Assembly: GCF_009914755.1 (NCBI RefSeq)
Contig: NC_060930.1
DNA: 64,000 nucleotides
Source: the human T2T-CHM13v2.0 reference genome, Homo sapiens
Strand: one strand, 5' to 3'
Made by a program: the position numbers and the translations under genes. Shown piece after piece: positions 48,760 through 61,290 of the stretch (positions are counted from its first letter, which is position 1; each line of letters starts with the position of its first letter). Under the pieces are notes generated by a model that made no database searches, had not been told where the DNA came from, and worked only from the letters and a program-made list of their open reading frames with translations.

Positions 48760-51490
48760 TTGCTTAGCAAGGCAGGAAAATTCAACTTAATTCTAAGGAC
48801 AATGGGAAGTTATTAAATTTTTCTAAAGAGGAGCTTGATAGTATTGGAATGAATTTGAGAAAGATTGATTCTGTAATGATGTATTCTATGTATTAGACAG
48901 CAAATCGTAAGGTAGGTAACTAGTTTGGGATATTTCAACAGCAGAGATGTGAAGTTGTAAGAGCCTGAATTGGGGTGATATTAGTTGTGGTGACAGTAGT
49001 AGTCCTAGAGAGGAAAGAGCAGTTGAGAGAATTATTACTAAAGAATTGACTCCTCACTGCAAAATGGTGAAAACACTGGAATGTAAACTCTTTGAGGGCA
49101 GAGAACTTGCCTTTTTTTAAAAAAAAAACTTTTTGATAATCCCTGTGCATAGAATTATGCCTGGTATGTATTGGGACTCAATAAGTGTTAAAACAAATTA
49201 AGATAAAAGCAGGTAAATGCAATAAAATGTAATATGTGCTATAACAGGAGCAGAAAAAAACACTTAATAGAAGAGGAGATACTAGAGTTGTGTCTAGTGG
49301 ATTTAGCTAGAGTGTTTCAGAAACACAAGAAGTGGAGAGGACATCAAGGCAGAGGGAAGAGCCCAGGCTCCGAGGCCTGAAACAGCATAGTATGGAGATG
49401 AACAATCACCAACAATCACAGCAGTTTGCCAATTCTGAAGCATGCTTCACTAGGCAGGAAGGAGTAGAAGTTGGTGCTGGACTTGAAGAGCCTGGGTATC
49501 AAGATAAGGAGTTTTGACTTATTATAGATTTTTAAATAATTTAGTAACATGAAGGGATTTTTACTATAGAAAGAGATCTAGTGGAAGTGAATAGAAGGTT
49601 TATCCATACCTTCTCTATATTTAGAGTAAAACATTTGAGGCCATAGTCAAATGAGAAGGCTATTGCAACAATCTATGAAAGAGGTGATGAAGACCAGGAT
49701 TAAGGAAGTGATGACAGGGATACAGATTATGTCAAGGTTTTGAGAAAATGTAGGTGTTAGAAAATAAATACAGGTGATGAATTAAAGGTGTAGGACAGTG
49801 AAGCAGGCAGCAGAGTCAAGGATGCATCCCAGGGGCCTAACTAGCCCAAAAGTGGTACTATTACATACTGAGAAATAAAAAACAGGAGGAGGAGAAGGAG
49901 AAGGAAAATATGGGTTAAATTTTATGCATATTGACTTTGCAGTGTGAGAGGGAACAAGCAGCCGGATTGGTTGGAGAGTGACCTGGGCCAGAGATATGGT
50001 TTGGGGAGTCGTTTGGGTCAAAGTTAAGACACAGAGCTGGGTAATATTGTAGCAAGACAGTGTGTTACAGGAAAACAGATGTAGGTTGAGGATGAAACTC
50101 TGGGAAGTACTCACATTTAATAGTCAAGTGGAGGAAGACAAATCTGCCAAAGAGTTAAAATGCAATGGCCAGGGTATCAGAGTAGAACCAGAAAAGCCTT
50201 TGCATCAGACTTAAGAGTTTGACTCATTGAAGGCTTTATAAATTATAGAGGGAACCAGGAAGGGGAATTTCGATGAGGAAGAGTTAGATCAGAAATGTAA
50301 TTAAGATTCAAGGGAGATAAACACTTAAAAATAATTATCAAATTTGAGAGATAAAGAGTAACAGGTAAACTTTCCGTGAACTATTTCATCAGAGGTGAAC
50401 TAGAAGCCAGATTTTAAATGAACTGAGAACTAATAGGTCACAAGTCAAAAATGACAATCTTCCTCTAAGCAGTCTATTGTGAGATGGAGGAAGAAAGAGG
50501 GTGACAGCTAAGGAAAAAGTAAAGATTTGGCACAGTGTTATTTTGTATATTTATGTTTTATACAGATGGGAGCAATGTGAACATGGCATCCAAATCCTTA
50601 TCACTAGCCCTGACCACCATCCCCTGAGCTCACGGTCTTATGTTTATGTGGATATTTGATACATCTTAAAATTCTTCCAGGCATCTCAAATTCAACATTC
50701 CATCTTCTATTCTAAGCCACTTCCTCCTCCTATATTCCATACCACCTTTCAATAAACCAGACTAGAAGCCTGTAACTCATCCTTCAACAACCACTTCAAA
50801 TAAATTACCACCTTCTATATGGCTTGAATTCACATACATATCCCCCTTTCTATTCCCTGGTACAGATCCTAATCATCTCTTAACTAGACTCCATTCTCCA
50901 CCTCGTATCAGAGTGATCATTCTGGGGACTTTGAGCTACTTGTCCCTTCTGTGCCAGACACTTTAATGGCTACCCACTGCCCACAGGACAAAGACCCATG
51001 TTCCTTAGCAAGAAACTCCAATGGGTGGCATTCTCTCATGACCTAACCTCTACATACCGAAGAGGGCTCCTCTCCAGTAATACCAAAATGATAATTCCCT
51101 GAATGCACCTTCTTGTCGCACTTTCTGTTGTTGCTCCCACTTTCCTCCTTTATCTAGAATACCTTTCTGTGCTTTCTCTAATTAGCTAACTCCTACTCAT
51201 CTTTCAGGGTTTCACCTAAACATCATACTCTTTATTTAAAGTCTTCTCTTAAGCCTTCCCATCCTCTCCCAGTGTGGTTGAGTGCCATTTCTCTATACCA
51301 CTGTAATGCTCTATATACATTATAATCATAGACTTCCTCACACTGATTGAAGATGTTGATATGTGCCTGTTTCTCCTTGGATTTTGAGCTCCTTGAGATC
51401 ATCAAAGACACCTTGCTGCTTTTGTACCTTGTTATTTAGCATATCAACTGGTTCATAGTAATTGCTCAAGTGCTTGTTCAACTACACTGA
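48760..51490. mobile_element. Cluster of L2 fragments (mostly minus to ~50500, plus ~50630-51490)
   Basis: GAGAAGGCTATTGCAACAATCTA; CAGGCATCTCAAATTCAACAT; TCCTACTCATC.TTCAGG; CATAGTAATTGCTCAAG. Confidence 0.6.
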
Positions 51491-51833
51491 ACAGTGGAAG
51501 AAAAGTAAAAATGCTCAAGAGAGGAGAATCCAAAGAGATTTGAGAAGAGGGTGTCGGGAATGGAGTAAGGATGACACATTACGGGACAACTTTGATTAGA
51601 AGAGAAGTCTTTAACGATGTGCCTAAGAGGAAGCAGGTAAAGATGGAGACCAATGAAAAAGGTAGGAAATGAAGGGAGCTTCAGGCTGAAGGCTCAATTC
51701 TATTTGTTAAATAGGTGATTGAACAGAGTGACTGTTCAACTAAAACTTGGTAAAGATGGTGGCAAGGAAATATATATGACATATTTGCTGGGAAAGTAAA
51801 TTTATATCTTAGATGCAAAGACCCTGGAAACAT

Positions 51834-51839
51834 TTTATT
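51834..51839 (-). terminator. GPRC6A: GPRC6A poly(A) signal AATAAA
   Basis: Plus-strand TTTATT, 28 nt beyond the stop codon. Confidence 0.7.
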
Positions 51840-51867
51840 CTGGAATGTGGCATCTCCTAAGGCTTAT

Positions 51868-52976
51868 TCATATACTTGACATTCTTTTTCGAGGCAAAGT
51901 TTTAGATACACTTGTGGCATTTTCCCTGCATATGTGTGCAAATGCTTGTGCCTGAAGATCTTTGCTTTTCTGCCAGGTTGCAGACTTGCCACTAGAGCTG
52001 GGATTGGTCATTGTGACATTGCCGCTCATGGAGTCCAGTGAAGCAGGACTCAGGGCAATGCTGCTCACACTATGGGAAGAATAACTGTAGATCATCTTGA
52101 GAAAGGCAGACTTTGTGTTAATCTCTTGCTTACAAATAATAACATAGCATTTGGGGATGAATGTGCAATACAGGATTCCATAGTTAGATATTAATATGAC
52201 AATAATCTCCACAGCTGGTACATATTTGCCAAATGTGGTAGCATAGATAGGGATGAATGTGATCCAAGCTATGAAGTAAATGAGCATGCCAAATGTAATG
52301 AATTTGGCTTCATTGTAATTCTCATATTTGCCTTTGAAAGCAAATATGAAGCAAATGAAGGCCAGGATGGCAATGTAGCCCAGCATGGTGCCAAATGCAA
52401 GTATGGATCCCTCCTCACACTCCAGGATGATGACTCTGGGCAAGGAGACATTCACCTCTACAGTAGGTGCTGCAAAGATTAGCCAGAGTGTGCAAATGAC
52501 AACCTGGATGCCCGTGCAAGTGAAGATAATAAGGATCGGTCTATAGAGGCACTTCAGAAATTTCTGTAATTTGGGATCAAAGCTGAAGGCTAGCAAAATT
52601 TTCAGAGACTTCGTCAAAATGCAGGAGATGCAAAGAGTAAAGCTCACTCCAAACATTGTCTGCCTGGTTTTACATGTGAAGTCTTGTGGTTCTCCAATGA
52701 AAAAGCTCGTGCTGGCAAAATTGAGGAAATGACAGAGAAGGATCACATAGCAGACTCTTAATCCCCCGGATGATTTCACAACAGGTGTGTTCAGGTTTCT
52801 TGTAAATATTATGCCAACAACCAGAACAAATATGATTCCCAGTAGGGAGAGAGTCAGGAGTAGGATGGCCAAGGAGTCATTCCAGTTGAGATATTCCACT
52901 TCCTTTTCAAAGCACATAGTGCTCCTAACAGGGGCCCAGTGAGTTTTGTTGTTGCATAAAAGGCAATGAGGCATAT
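51868..52976 (-). CDS. GPRC6A: GPRC6A last exon (exon 6): end of cysteine-rich domain, 7TM domain and C-tail of a class C GPCR (amino acid/cation sensor)
   Basis: ORF 51868..52974 has seven hydrophobic helices and class C motifs TPVVKSSGG, CISCILTKS, ENYNEAKFITFGM, PKCY; acceptor TTTTAG|AT; TGA at 51868-51870. Confidence 0.97.
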
Positions 52977-53289
52977 CTAAAAGACAGAGGAGACGCAGTT
53001 ACATTGTCAACATTTAAACTAGGTGATAGTCCACAATACTACAAATGAGATTCGTCTTCTTTAATAGTTCTGACTAGAGAATAGATATAGATGATTGTTA
53101 CATTGGTTACTTATTAAAATAAAACATGCTAAAACTCAAAGAAAGTGAGAGAGAAAGGGTAAAAGTGAGGAAAAAGGAAAAGAAAGAGAAAATAGAGAAA
53201 GAAAAAAAGCCAGCTGGATTGTGAATGTTTAGGAAATGAATATACTCAGAATAGATGCTAGCTTCTTATGCATTTGCTATTATAGATGA

Positions 53290-53550
53290 TGGTTCCAGCA
53301 CTCTTAAGAATAAGGTTTTGGAATCAGACGTAGCTTTTCTTATCTCTTCCACTTATAATTCCTGTAAACTTGAACAAACTAACTGAACTTTCTGAGCCTA
53401 TTTCAGAATCTCCCATATCTCAAAAAATAATAAAATGAAAAGACTCTGCCGTATTGTGATGCCGTACTTAATGAGATAATAAATGTAAAATGCTTCACAC
53501 AGACCATTACACATAGTAGACCCTCAATGTATGGGAGTTGCTATCGTGAA
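53290..53550 (+). mobile_element. MIR
   Basis: GGTTTTGGAATCAGAC; AACTTGAACAA; ATGAGATAATAAATGTAAAATGCTT; CACATAGTAGACCCTCAAT. Confidence 0.7.
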
Positions 53551-55437
53551 TAAGGGTGCAGGTCTTTCAAAAGCAGAGGCAATATGGCTAGGTCACTCTG
53601 AAAGCTTGAAGTCTCTTTCTAAAAGTGAGATAATGCAAAATTGTAATCGATGGCAATTGATGAAGAATTAAAGTTTATTTTTTCTCCAAGTAGTGGGTAA
53701 ATCAGAGCCTCTCACACTGTAAGTGTTAACTTTGAAAAGTATTTATGCTTATTCTGGCTGCAGGGCAGCACAAATACTTGATTTTAGAGTTTTGTCTCTA
53801 GAAGTGATATTACATTTGCTCCCCATTCCAGCCACCCAAAGTTGGTGAGTCTCAGCTGCAATCAAAGGGCCTCTGTCAGGGCATTCATCTGATGACACCC
53901 CACAGCCTGTACAACTCTTTAAAATTTTGTGTTCTCTTCTTTATTAACCTCAAAGTAAGGTTGTATTTCTGTTTATAAACTTCATGACCCTTCCAGCCTC
54001 CTCCTCTTTCCGAACTCTATTCCCCTAAAAAATCTGTTCTTTTCTGTTTGCCCTGTAACCACAGTTGCTAGTGTCTGTCATTTCATTCGTCCAGTGGACA
54101 TTTAATGGCCTCATCTAGGTATGGGAGCTGTGTGTTAGAGAGATAGAGAGGAACAGCAGATGGTATCCTTTTAGGCTTTCCTAACTCCTAGCTTATCCTC
54201 CAAGTTGTCTTCAGTCTTCTACATTTCTCCATTTGTTCTTGGAAGCGACTTACCCTGTTACCAAAAGAAAACCCAGATACAGCCTTTAAAGGGTCCCGTA
54301 CGTCTTTATGGAAAATAAATGTTACATACTCCTTGGTGTTTTTATTTCTCTCACTTGGAAGGTAGTTGCTAGTTACCATGTTGCCTGAAAAACTCCCTCG
54401 CTAATTATCTAATTTTTTAGGCAGTGGTATAGCATTTTTATTTATTGATAATTTAAATGCTCAATTCCACTAATATAAACATTATTAAACATACCAAGGA
54501 ACGGGAAAATTTTAAATGTGAGATAATAAAATGCAGATACATATAAAGTTTTGATACTCTCAGGTTGGAATAAATGGCATTTTTTGTGTGACACATAACA
54601 GAACATGAATCTTGGAATATTTTCATTGGTATACTTCTCTTCTTGAAGCCAGTAAGCAAAAAGAATAGGCATTTGGGGACTATTCCAGTTCCGGAGTTCT
54701 CAGCTTTTCTACAAGATGAATGGGAATGCTCTAATAAACAACAACATCTGATGCTTTTAAATTAGGCTTAACTCCAGGGAAAGTGCTCATAGTTTCTTTT
54801 TAGGCTCCTAAGGCTGCTGACCTCACTCTTGTACTTTAATTTGTGTATTTTGCTTTCATTTTGTGAAATTTTTAAAGATAGGGTTGGCAAACAGTCATTT
54901 ACTAGCATCTCATCCCTGTTGATAGTTGGTCCCTTGTCTCACAGAAGTTTCTTTTAGGTTTAACTTTTGTTTCCTGGTAGAAATAATAAGAGTGCCAGGA
55001 TGTGCACACCTGTTTCTTAACTCCGGGTGCCTCTGGGTTTCTATTATGTTTAGTTAATTCAACATTTACTTATTTGTATTTTTTTTGTACCTCAGTTACA
55101 AGCCAAGCACATCTGTATAGGGATACATGGACAAAATTGACAGAGAACTTGCATCACTTTAAGAGTTGCATACTTTAAAAAATATGAGCGAAGCGATAAC
55201 ATTTTCCCTTGGAAGTAAAGTAACTTTTACATCTCTATTATTTATTTGCTGTGCACCTGTTGACATAATAGAGCAAATTCCAAGATAAAATGAAATTTCA
55301 CTGGAATTTAATTTCACAGGAGCATGGGAAGCTTTTTAAATTTTTTCAAATGAAAAACAAACCAAAATAAAATTCATGCAAAGAAAAAAAAAGCCTAAGA
55401 GGAATGATTCAGGTGTATGTGGAGTGACTGTGATTAC

Positions 55438-55561
55438 CTGTCTGATTAGTGTAATGATTTTCAGGACAGTTCTGACATTCATAGCAACAGATGTGTTGAC
55501 TTCTTGTAGTTTTCTTCATTTGCCCAGGACTGCATTCCTTGGAGCATTTAGATTGAATTTG
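55438..55561 (-). CDS. GPRC6A: GPRC6A exon 5, nine-cysteine domain: QIQSKCSKECSPGQMKKTTRSQHICCYECQNCPENHYTNQT
   Basis: 124 nt, typical of the CaSR/V2R-group CRD exon; acceptor ATATAG|CAA; donor ACAG|GTAATC; phases 0/1 join exons 4 and 6 in frame. Confidence 0.96.
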
Positions 55562-56599
55562 CTATATTAAAAGTGAAAAAAAAAATCACAAGTAAATTTG
55601 TAAAAAAAATTATCCTAATCGATTATCCTCGGCTTAACTTAAAGATATATTTACTAAATACTATTTTGGTCTTTTTTCATAGGATTATAGAATCTTTTTG
55701 CCATCGTGGGAAATGTAAACAGGATTTTAAGATGGAGAAGCTGCTTTACGAAGAACACAGTTTTTGTTGCATTAATAACTTCTGTAAGCAAATTATGGAA
55801 ATTAGCCCTTTCAGAAAGTCCCTAGTAGAGGGAGAAATGTGTAGTACTAGAACTAAAGAAAATAATGATGGTTTGGAAAGTTTCAATCCCATGTTGAATG
55901 AAGGGTTCCACTAGATAAGAAAATAGCAAATGGCTAGATTTTTATAATCTTTGAAAGAAAGTTTTTATCATGCTGTCAAGGAGCATGTCCTGTCTAACTC
56001 CAAAAAATAAAAAAAAAAGAAACATTTTGAGTTTAAAATAAAATTTAAAATTTAATACTCTAATTTAATATTAGAATATTAGATTTAAAAGACAGGCCTA
56101 AATATATACTATTTAAATAATCTTGAGAATTCAAGTTATAATTTGCATGTCACAATTTGAATCACTGCAGCGTTCTACTTTTATGGAACCCTAGCTGGTA
56201 ATTCTTTGCATTTCAGCTATGTTATTCTCCATTCATAGTCCCTTTCTCACAGCATATCTTGTGAGAGAAATCTGCTTTGTCATGTCACTTTTACCCTTGG
56301 AGCAGAGCAGAATGGTTAAATGAGTCTTTCTCAAGATTCTCTTATCCATAATTTCCTACTCTGGAACACAACTGAAGTACTAAGCTATCCAGTCTTTCTC
56401 TGGAAGATGCAAATGATCTGTCTGAGAGAGAAATGAAAAGATTCAGTAGGCCCTGGGTCTGCAAGCACTGGTTTTCTTCTTCTCTCCAGTTATTGCTGAC
56501 CTGGGTTTTCAGCAGGCAGTATATATGCCTTGGGAATTCCCCAGGGCAAACTTTTAACGTATCTACTCTCCTGGAGGGTGCTCAGAGGACACAAAAGGA

Positions 56600-57021
56600 T
56601 TTTATTTATTTATTTATTATTATTATACTTTAAGTTTTAGGGTACATGTGCACGATGTGCAGGTTAGTTACATATGTATATATGTGCCATGCTGGTGCGC
56701 TGCACCCACTAACTCGTCATCTAGCATTAGGTATATCTCCCAGTGCTATCCCTCCCGCCTCCCCCTACCCCACAACAGTCCCCAGAGTGTGATGTTCCCC
56801 TTCCTGTGTCCATGTGTTCTCATTGTTCAATTCCCACCTATGAGTGAGAATATGAGGTGTTTGGTTTTTTGTTCTTGCGATAGTTTACTGAGAATGATGA
56901 TTTCCAATTTCATCCATGTCCCTACAAAGGACATGAACTCATCATTTTTTATGGCTGCATAGTATTCCATTGTGTATATGTGCCACATTTTCTTAATCCA
57001 GTCTATCATTGTTGGACATTT
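56600..57021 (-). mobile_element. Young 5'-truncated L1PA2-like 3' end in GPRC6A intron 4, sense to the gene
   Basis: GCTGGTGCGCTGCACCCACTAACTCGTCATCTAGC diagnostic; ORF 56827..57009 is the ORF2 C-terminus; (TTTA)n tail. Confidence 0.93.
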
Positions 57022-58329
57022 CCGAGATAAAGCCAGACATTGTTAGGGTCCCCTCTCTCCCTCTGATCAAGAGCAAAGACAGTCTAAAATCTTGTACTAA
57101 TTACTTTAGATTTCAATTGATTTAGGATTATCTGATGTTTTGGACTATGAGTTCTGGTGACTTACCAGAAATGTCAATACCCTAACTAGCCTGCAAATTG
57201 ACAAATCCGGAAATCTGACCTAAATGATTTCAGATATTGTTGGTTTTTAGTGTATCCTTGAAATAATTATAGGTGTCTCCATCAGAAAGGAAGACTTGTC
57301 TCTCTGTTTGTAGTGGTCAGCCTCTTCCATTTAGTCACTAAGAGCCTCACATAATTACCTGTCATTCTGTCACCTTCTCTTCATTAAGTGAATTCCCTAC
57401 AGAGTCTGGAGATAAGTATTGATAACAACAGTGTTTCTTGCAAAAATAATAACCATCTCTGCATTCAAAAAGGAAATGAATCAGAGCATGTTTTAAAAGT
57501 TTCAGTATGAGTTACAGTGTTTAGCAGAGTGCTGGGTTCGTAATGTAGTTGTGAGGATAATGGTAAGGAAAATGAAGATGATGACAGTGAAAGTTTGAGA
57601 ACACAGAAGAATGGCTACGTTTCTGTCTTTCAAGGAAGAAGTATCTTGCTTTACTAAAACTTTTACAGCCAGGGGAAATCAAATTAAGGAAAATGGTTTA
57701 CAGCATTACTGTGTTCATTCTTTCATTCACCAAATATTTGTTGAGTGCCTATCTATATGTTAGGCACTGTTCTAATTGTTGAAGCCACAGTGGGGAATGA
57801 AACACAAATATTTAGCTCGTCGAACTTAAGTTCTAGTTGACAAGACTGACAGAGTTAAAATAAGCAAAATGTACAGAATGACAGAAAGTTATAAGTGTTA
57901 AGGAGAAAAATAAGGATAGGACAGTGAATAAGAACTACTAGGTTGATGTTGCAATTTTTAAATAAGGTGTCCAGGGAAGCTCTCACTGAGGTGGTGACAT
58001 TTTAGAAAAGACAGAAAGGAATAAGAAAATTAACCACATGAACATCAGAGAAAATTATTATAGGCAAAGGAAATAGCAGGGGCAAAGTCCTTGGGCTATG
58101 AGAAGGGAAGCATGCATGGAAGACTGAAAAGCCTGTGGGATCGCAGGAGGGCTGTAGAGTAAGGGGAGGGTGGGAGATAAGGTCAGGTTCGTACTGGGGG
58201 TAGGTTGTGTAGAATTTTTAAAGATATGGCTTTTACTCTCAGAGAAATAGGATGTCATCAAAGGATTCTGAGCAGAGCACTATGTTTTACAGGACCACTT
58301 GTGTCTCTGTTTTGAAAACAGACTGAAGG

Positions 58330-58628
58330 GGGCTGGCGCGGTGGGTTATGCCTCTAATTCCAGCACTTTAGGAGGCCGAGGCAGGTGGATCACAGGGTCA
58401 GGAGTTCAAGACTAGCCTGGTCAACATGGTTAAACCTCGTCTCTACTAAAAATACAAAAATTAGCCGGGCATGGTGGTACACACCTGTAATCCCAGCTAC
58501 TCGGGAGGCTGAGACCAGCAAAATGCTTGAACCTGGGAGGCGGAAGTTGCAGTGAGCCGAGATCACGCCACTGCATACTAGCCTGGATGAGAGAGCAAGA
58601 ATCCATCTTGGAAAAAAAAAAAAAAAAA
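58330..58628 (+). mobile_element. AluS-type SINE
   Basis: Alu dimer plus A tail; approximate TSD AAACAGAC..AAGG. Confidence 0.92.
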
Positions 58629-59902
58629 GAAACAGACCAAAGGAATAAGAGGGGAGGCAGAAAACCTTCTACAATAATCTGGGTGAGAAGTGATTGTAAC
58701 AGCAGTGGAGTAGGTAGTAAAAAGTGGTCAGCTTCTGGACACATTTTGAAAGTAAAACTCATTGGTTATGGAGTGTGACCGAAAGAGAGGTGACAAGAAT
58801 CCCAGCAGGTTTTCTCATGAGCAACTAGGAGAAGGGGGTTGCTGTTTATTGAGAGGTGAGTAGGTTGGGAGAGAATATCAGTTCTGTTTTGGAGATTTAA
58901 GTTGACTGCTACGCATCCAGGTAGAGATGTCAACTAGGTAGTTGTATATTTATTTGGGTTAGAAGTCAGAAGATAAAAATCTAATAGTCATCAGACTCCC
59001 ATATAATGATATCATTTAAAGCCCCAAACCTGGATAAGATCACTAAGGAAAGGTGTAGATAAAAAGAGGAGCAGTTCTGAGTCCTGGGCACCTGAATGAT
59101 TAGAGGTAGTGTGAATGATGAGGAACTAGCAAAGGAGACAGAGAATTAGTGGCAAGATACACAGGAAGAAAATCAAGGAAATGTAGTGTCATGGAAGCAA
59201 ACAAATAAAATATTTCATTGAGGGGAGAATAATTAGCTGGTAAGTGATATATGTTAATATTTGGCTTTATTAACTTTGGTGAGCTAGACAGAAACAATTT
59301 CGATGGATTGAAGAGGATTCAAAAGAGTATAGGAGGAGAGAAATTGGGGTCATTAAATGTATTCAACTGTTTCAGGGAGTTTTACTGTAAAGAGAAATAG
59401 AGTATACAAAGAAAGACTTGGGGGAACAACAAAGGTTCTTTGTTTTAAGATGAGAGAAATAATGACCTATTTATCTCATTATGTGTATAATGTAGAAGAA
59501 AGAATGATTGAGAATAAAGGAGAGAGGGTATAAAATTACCAAGTAATGTCTTTGAATAAGTGAAAGAGGTTGGGACCCAGAGGTGAAGTGGAGGAGCTGA
59601 CCTTGACTAGGGGCACAGACAGTCTGTCTATAGTGCCAGATGGAAGGCAGGGGTACTGGCACAGATGTGACAGTGGCCACTGGAATTCTCTTCTGATGTT
59701 TCAGTTTTGTTAGAACAGAAAATAGAGTTAACTGAAATGAGAACAGGAAAGATGTACTGATCTCAGAGGAGAGAAGAGAAGGCATAAAATAGCCATCTAG
59801 GAAGGTGAGTTCATGAACTAGGGCAATAATCTGATTGCCCTGCAGCATTAAGAGCCCACTGGAGGCTAGAGATCATGAATTTAAAATGAGACTAGTCAGC
59901 AG

Positions 59903-60153
59903 TCTCCCCTCCCCTCCCCTCCCTCCCTCTCTCTCTTTTCTTTTCTTTCTTTCTTTCTCTCTTTCCTTCTTTCTCTCTCTCTTCCTTCCTTCCTCCCTCC
60001 CTCCCTCCCTCCCTTCCTTCCTCTCTTTCTCTCTCTCCCTTTCTTTCTTTCTTTTTTCCTTCCTTCCTTCCTTCTTTCCTTCTTTCTTTCTCTCTCTCCC
60101 TCCCTCCCTCCCTCTCTCTCTCTCTTTCTTTCTTTCTTTTTCTTTCCTCTTTT
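59903..60153 (+). repeat. ~250-bp pure polypyrimidine (CCTT/CT/CTTT) low-complexity tract
   Basis: Read directly; only C and T on the plus strand. Confidence 0.95.
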
Positions 60154-60314
60154 GCCAACTTCAGCTAAATAGGAGCTACACTGATTAGGCAGAAACTTGA
60201 TTAACAGGGATTGTGTTTGGCCAGATGAGTATGATGAAGAGTGGGGGCCAAGGACTTTTGCAGTTGAGGTACCAATTGCTTTGAGTGCTACAAAACGGCC
60301 TACAACAAGGTTAC

Positions 60315-60527
60315 CTTAAGATTCCTGAACTCATTTTTTGTTTCCTGATCTGGGATGATGAAGACATCATTCTGTAGGTCATATTCTGCCATCTTAGTGA
60401 CAGTCATGTGTCCATTGATCTCCTTCCAGAGCACAACATCATATCCAGTATTTAAATCCCCATGAGCATCAAAATGAAATGAATTCCATCCATCAGTGAA
60501 TGTCACATTTTTTAGCACACCAAGTAA
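60315..60527 (-). CDS. GPRC6A: GPRC6A exon 4, end of Venus flytrap domain: LLGVLKNVTFTDGWNSFHFDAHGDLNTGYDVVLW...EFRNLK
   Basis: 213 nt, phase 0/0; acceptor TTTTTATAG|TTA; donor CTTAAG|GTAACC; class C motif FD.HGD...YD. Confidence 0.96.
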
Positions 60528-60689
60528 CTATAAAAAATAAAAACAGAGATAAGCACTTAATATAAATGTTGCAAATGTATCCATTATTCTAATGATAACA
60601 CTGCCTTATAAAGCATATCACTTAAAAATGAGGGAAAAAAGATTATAAATCACTGGTTGGAGAATTCTTAACTATCTGGCAACAATTTG

Positions 60690-61290
60690 AGAATGAATTT
60701 CACTTGGGTCCTAGCCTCATTTCTGCCTAACTTTTGCTATATAAATTTGGGAAAGCAAGTTAATTTCTATAGATGGTTGTTTCTAAGTATCTTCGTTTAT
60801 CCTACAGAATTTTAGAATGGGTCCCCTGGTATAGACACCTGGGATCTAACTCTGGTTCCATCTCTCATCAATGCAAGTACAATTACTTTCTATCTGATTA
60901 TCTCCAATGGTTCTTAAGTTTGTTTCAATGATTGAGTATGTAGTAAAGTGATCTCTAAATTATATTTCTAAGCTAATTCACAAAATGATTTATTTTTTAA
61001 CTTGAGAAGAAAGAAATATAAGGATAAATTACCTGTCTTGCTACCTAATTTGCACAGTGAGAACTTGTATACTATAGAGTTAGGTCAAAAAATATTTTGT
61101 TTACAAATGGGATAGCCATACTGAGGTTGTGCTGTAGTGGAAGAACAATAGGCTGGAATGTAGGGAAACAGGCTGCTGTTCTGGCTTCACCATTAACTTA
61201 ATATATAAGTATGTCAAGTAAATATCCTCTCTGAATGCTTTCATAATGGCCCATTTATTATCTAAATCTATGGTTCTGTGTGGCTTTTGT
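60690..61290. mobile_element. MIR fragments
   Basis: CTTGGGTCCTAGCC; CCTGGGATCTAACTCTGGTTC; GTAGTGGAAGAACA.TAGGCTGGAA. Confidence 0.55.

Larger units (their letters stand above)
57710..60300 (-). mobile_element. Long fragmented L2, interrupted by an Alu and a CT-rich tract
   Basis: L2 tail TTCATTCACCAAATATTTGTTGAGTGCC; CTCACTGAGGTGGTGACATTT; GACACATTTTGAAAGTA. Confidence 0.7.

Noticed and set aside
51868-52974. Treating the 368-aa ORF as a standalone single-exon GPCR
   Set aside because: It has a canonical acceptor at 52977 and joins in frame to upstream exons; it is the last exon of GPRC6A.
59835-60188. S/L/F/P-rich and E/R/K/G-rich ORFs
   Set aside because: Translations of the CT low-complexity tract.
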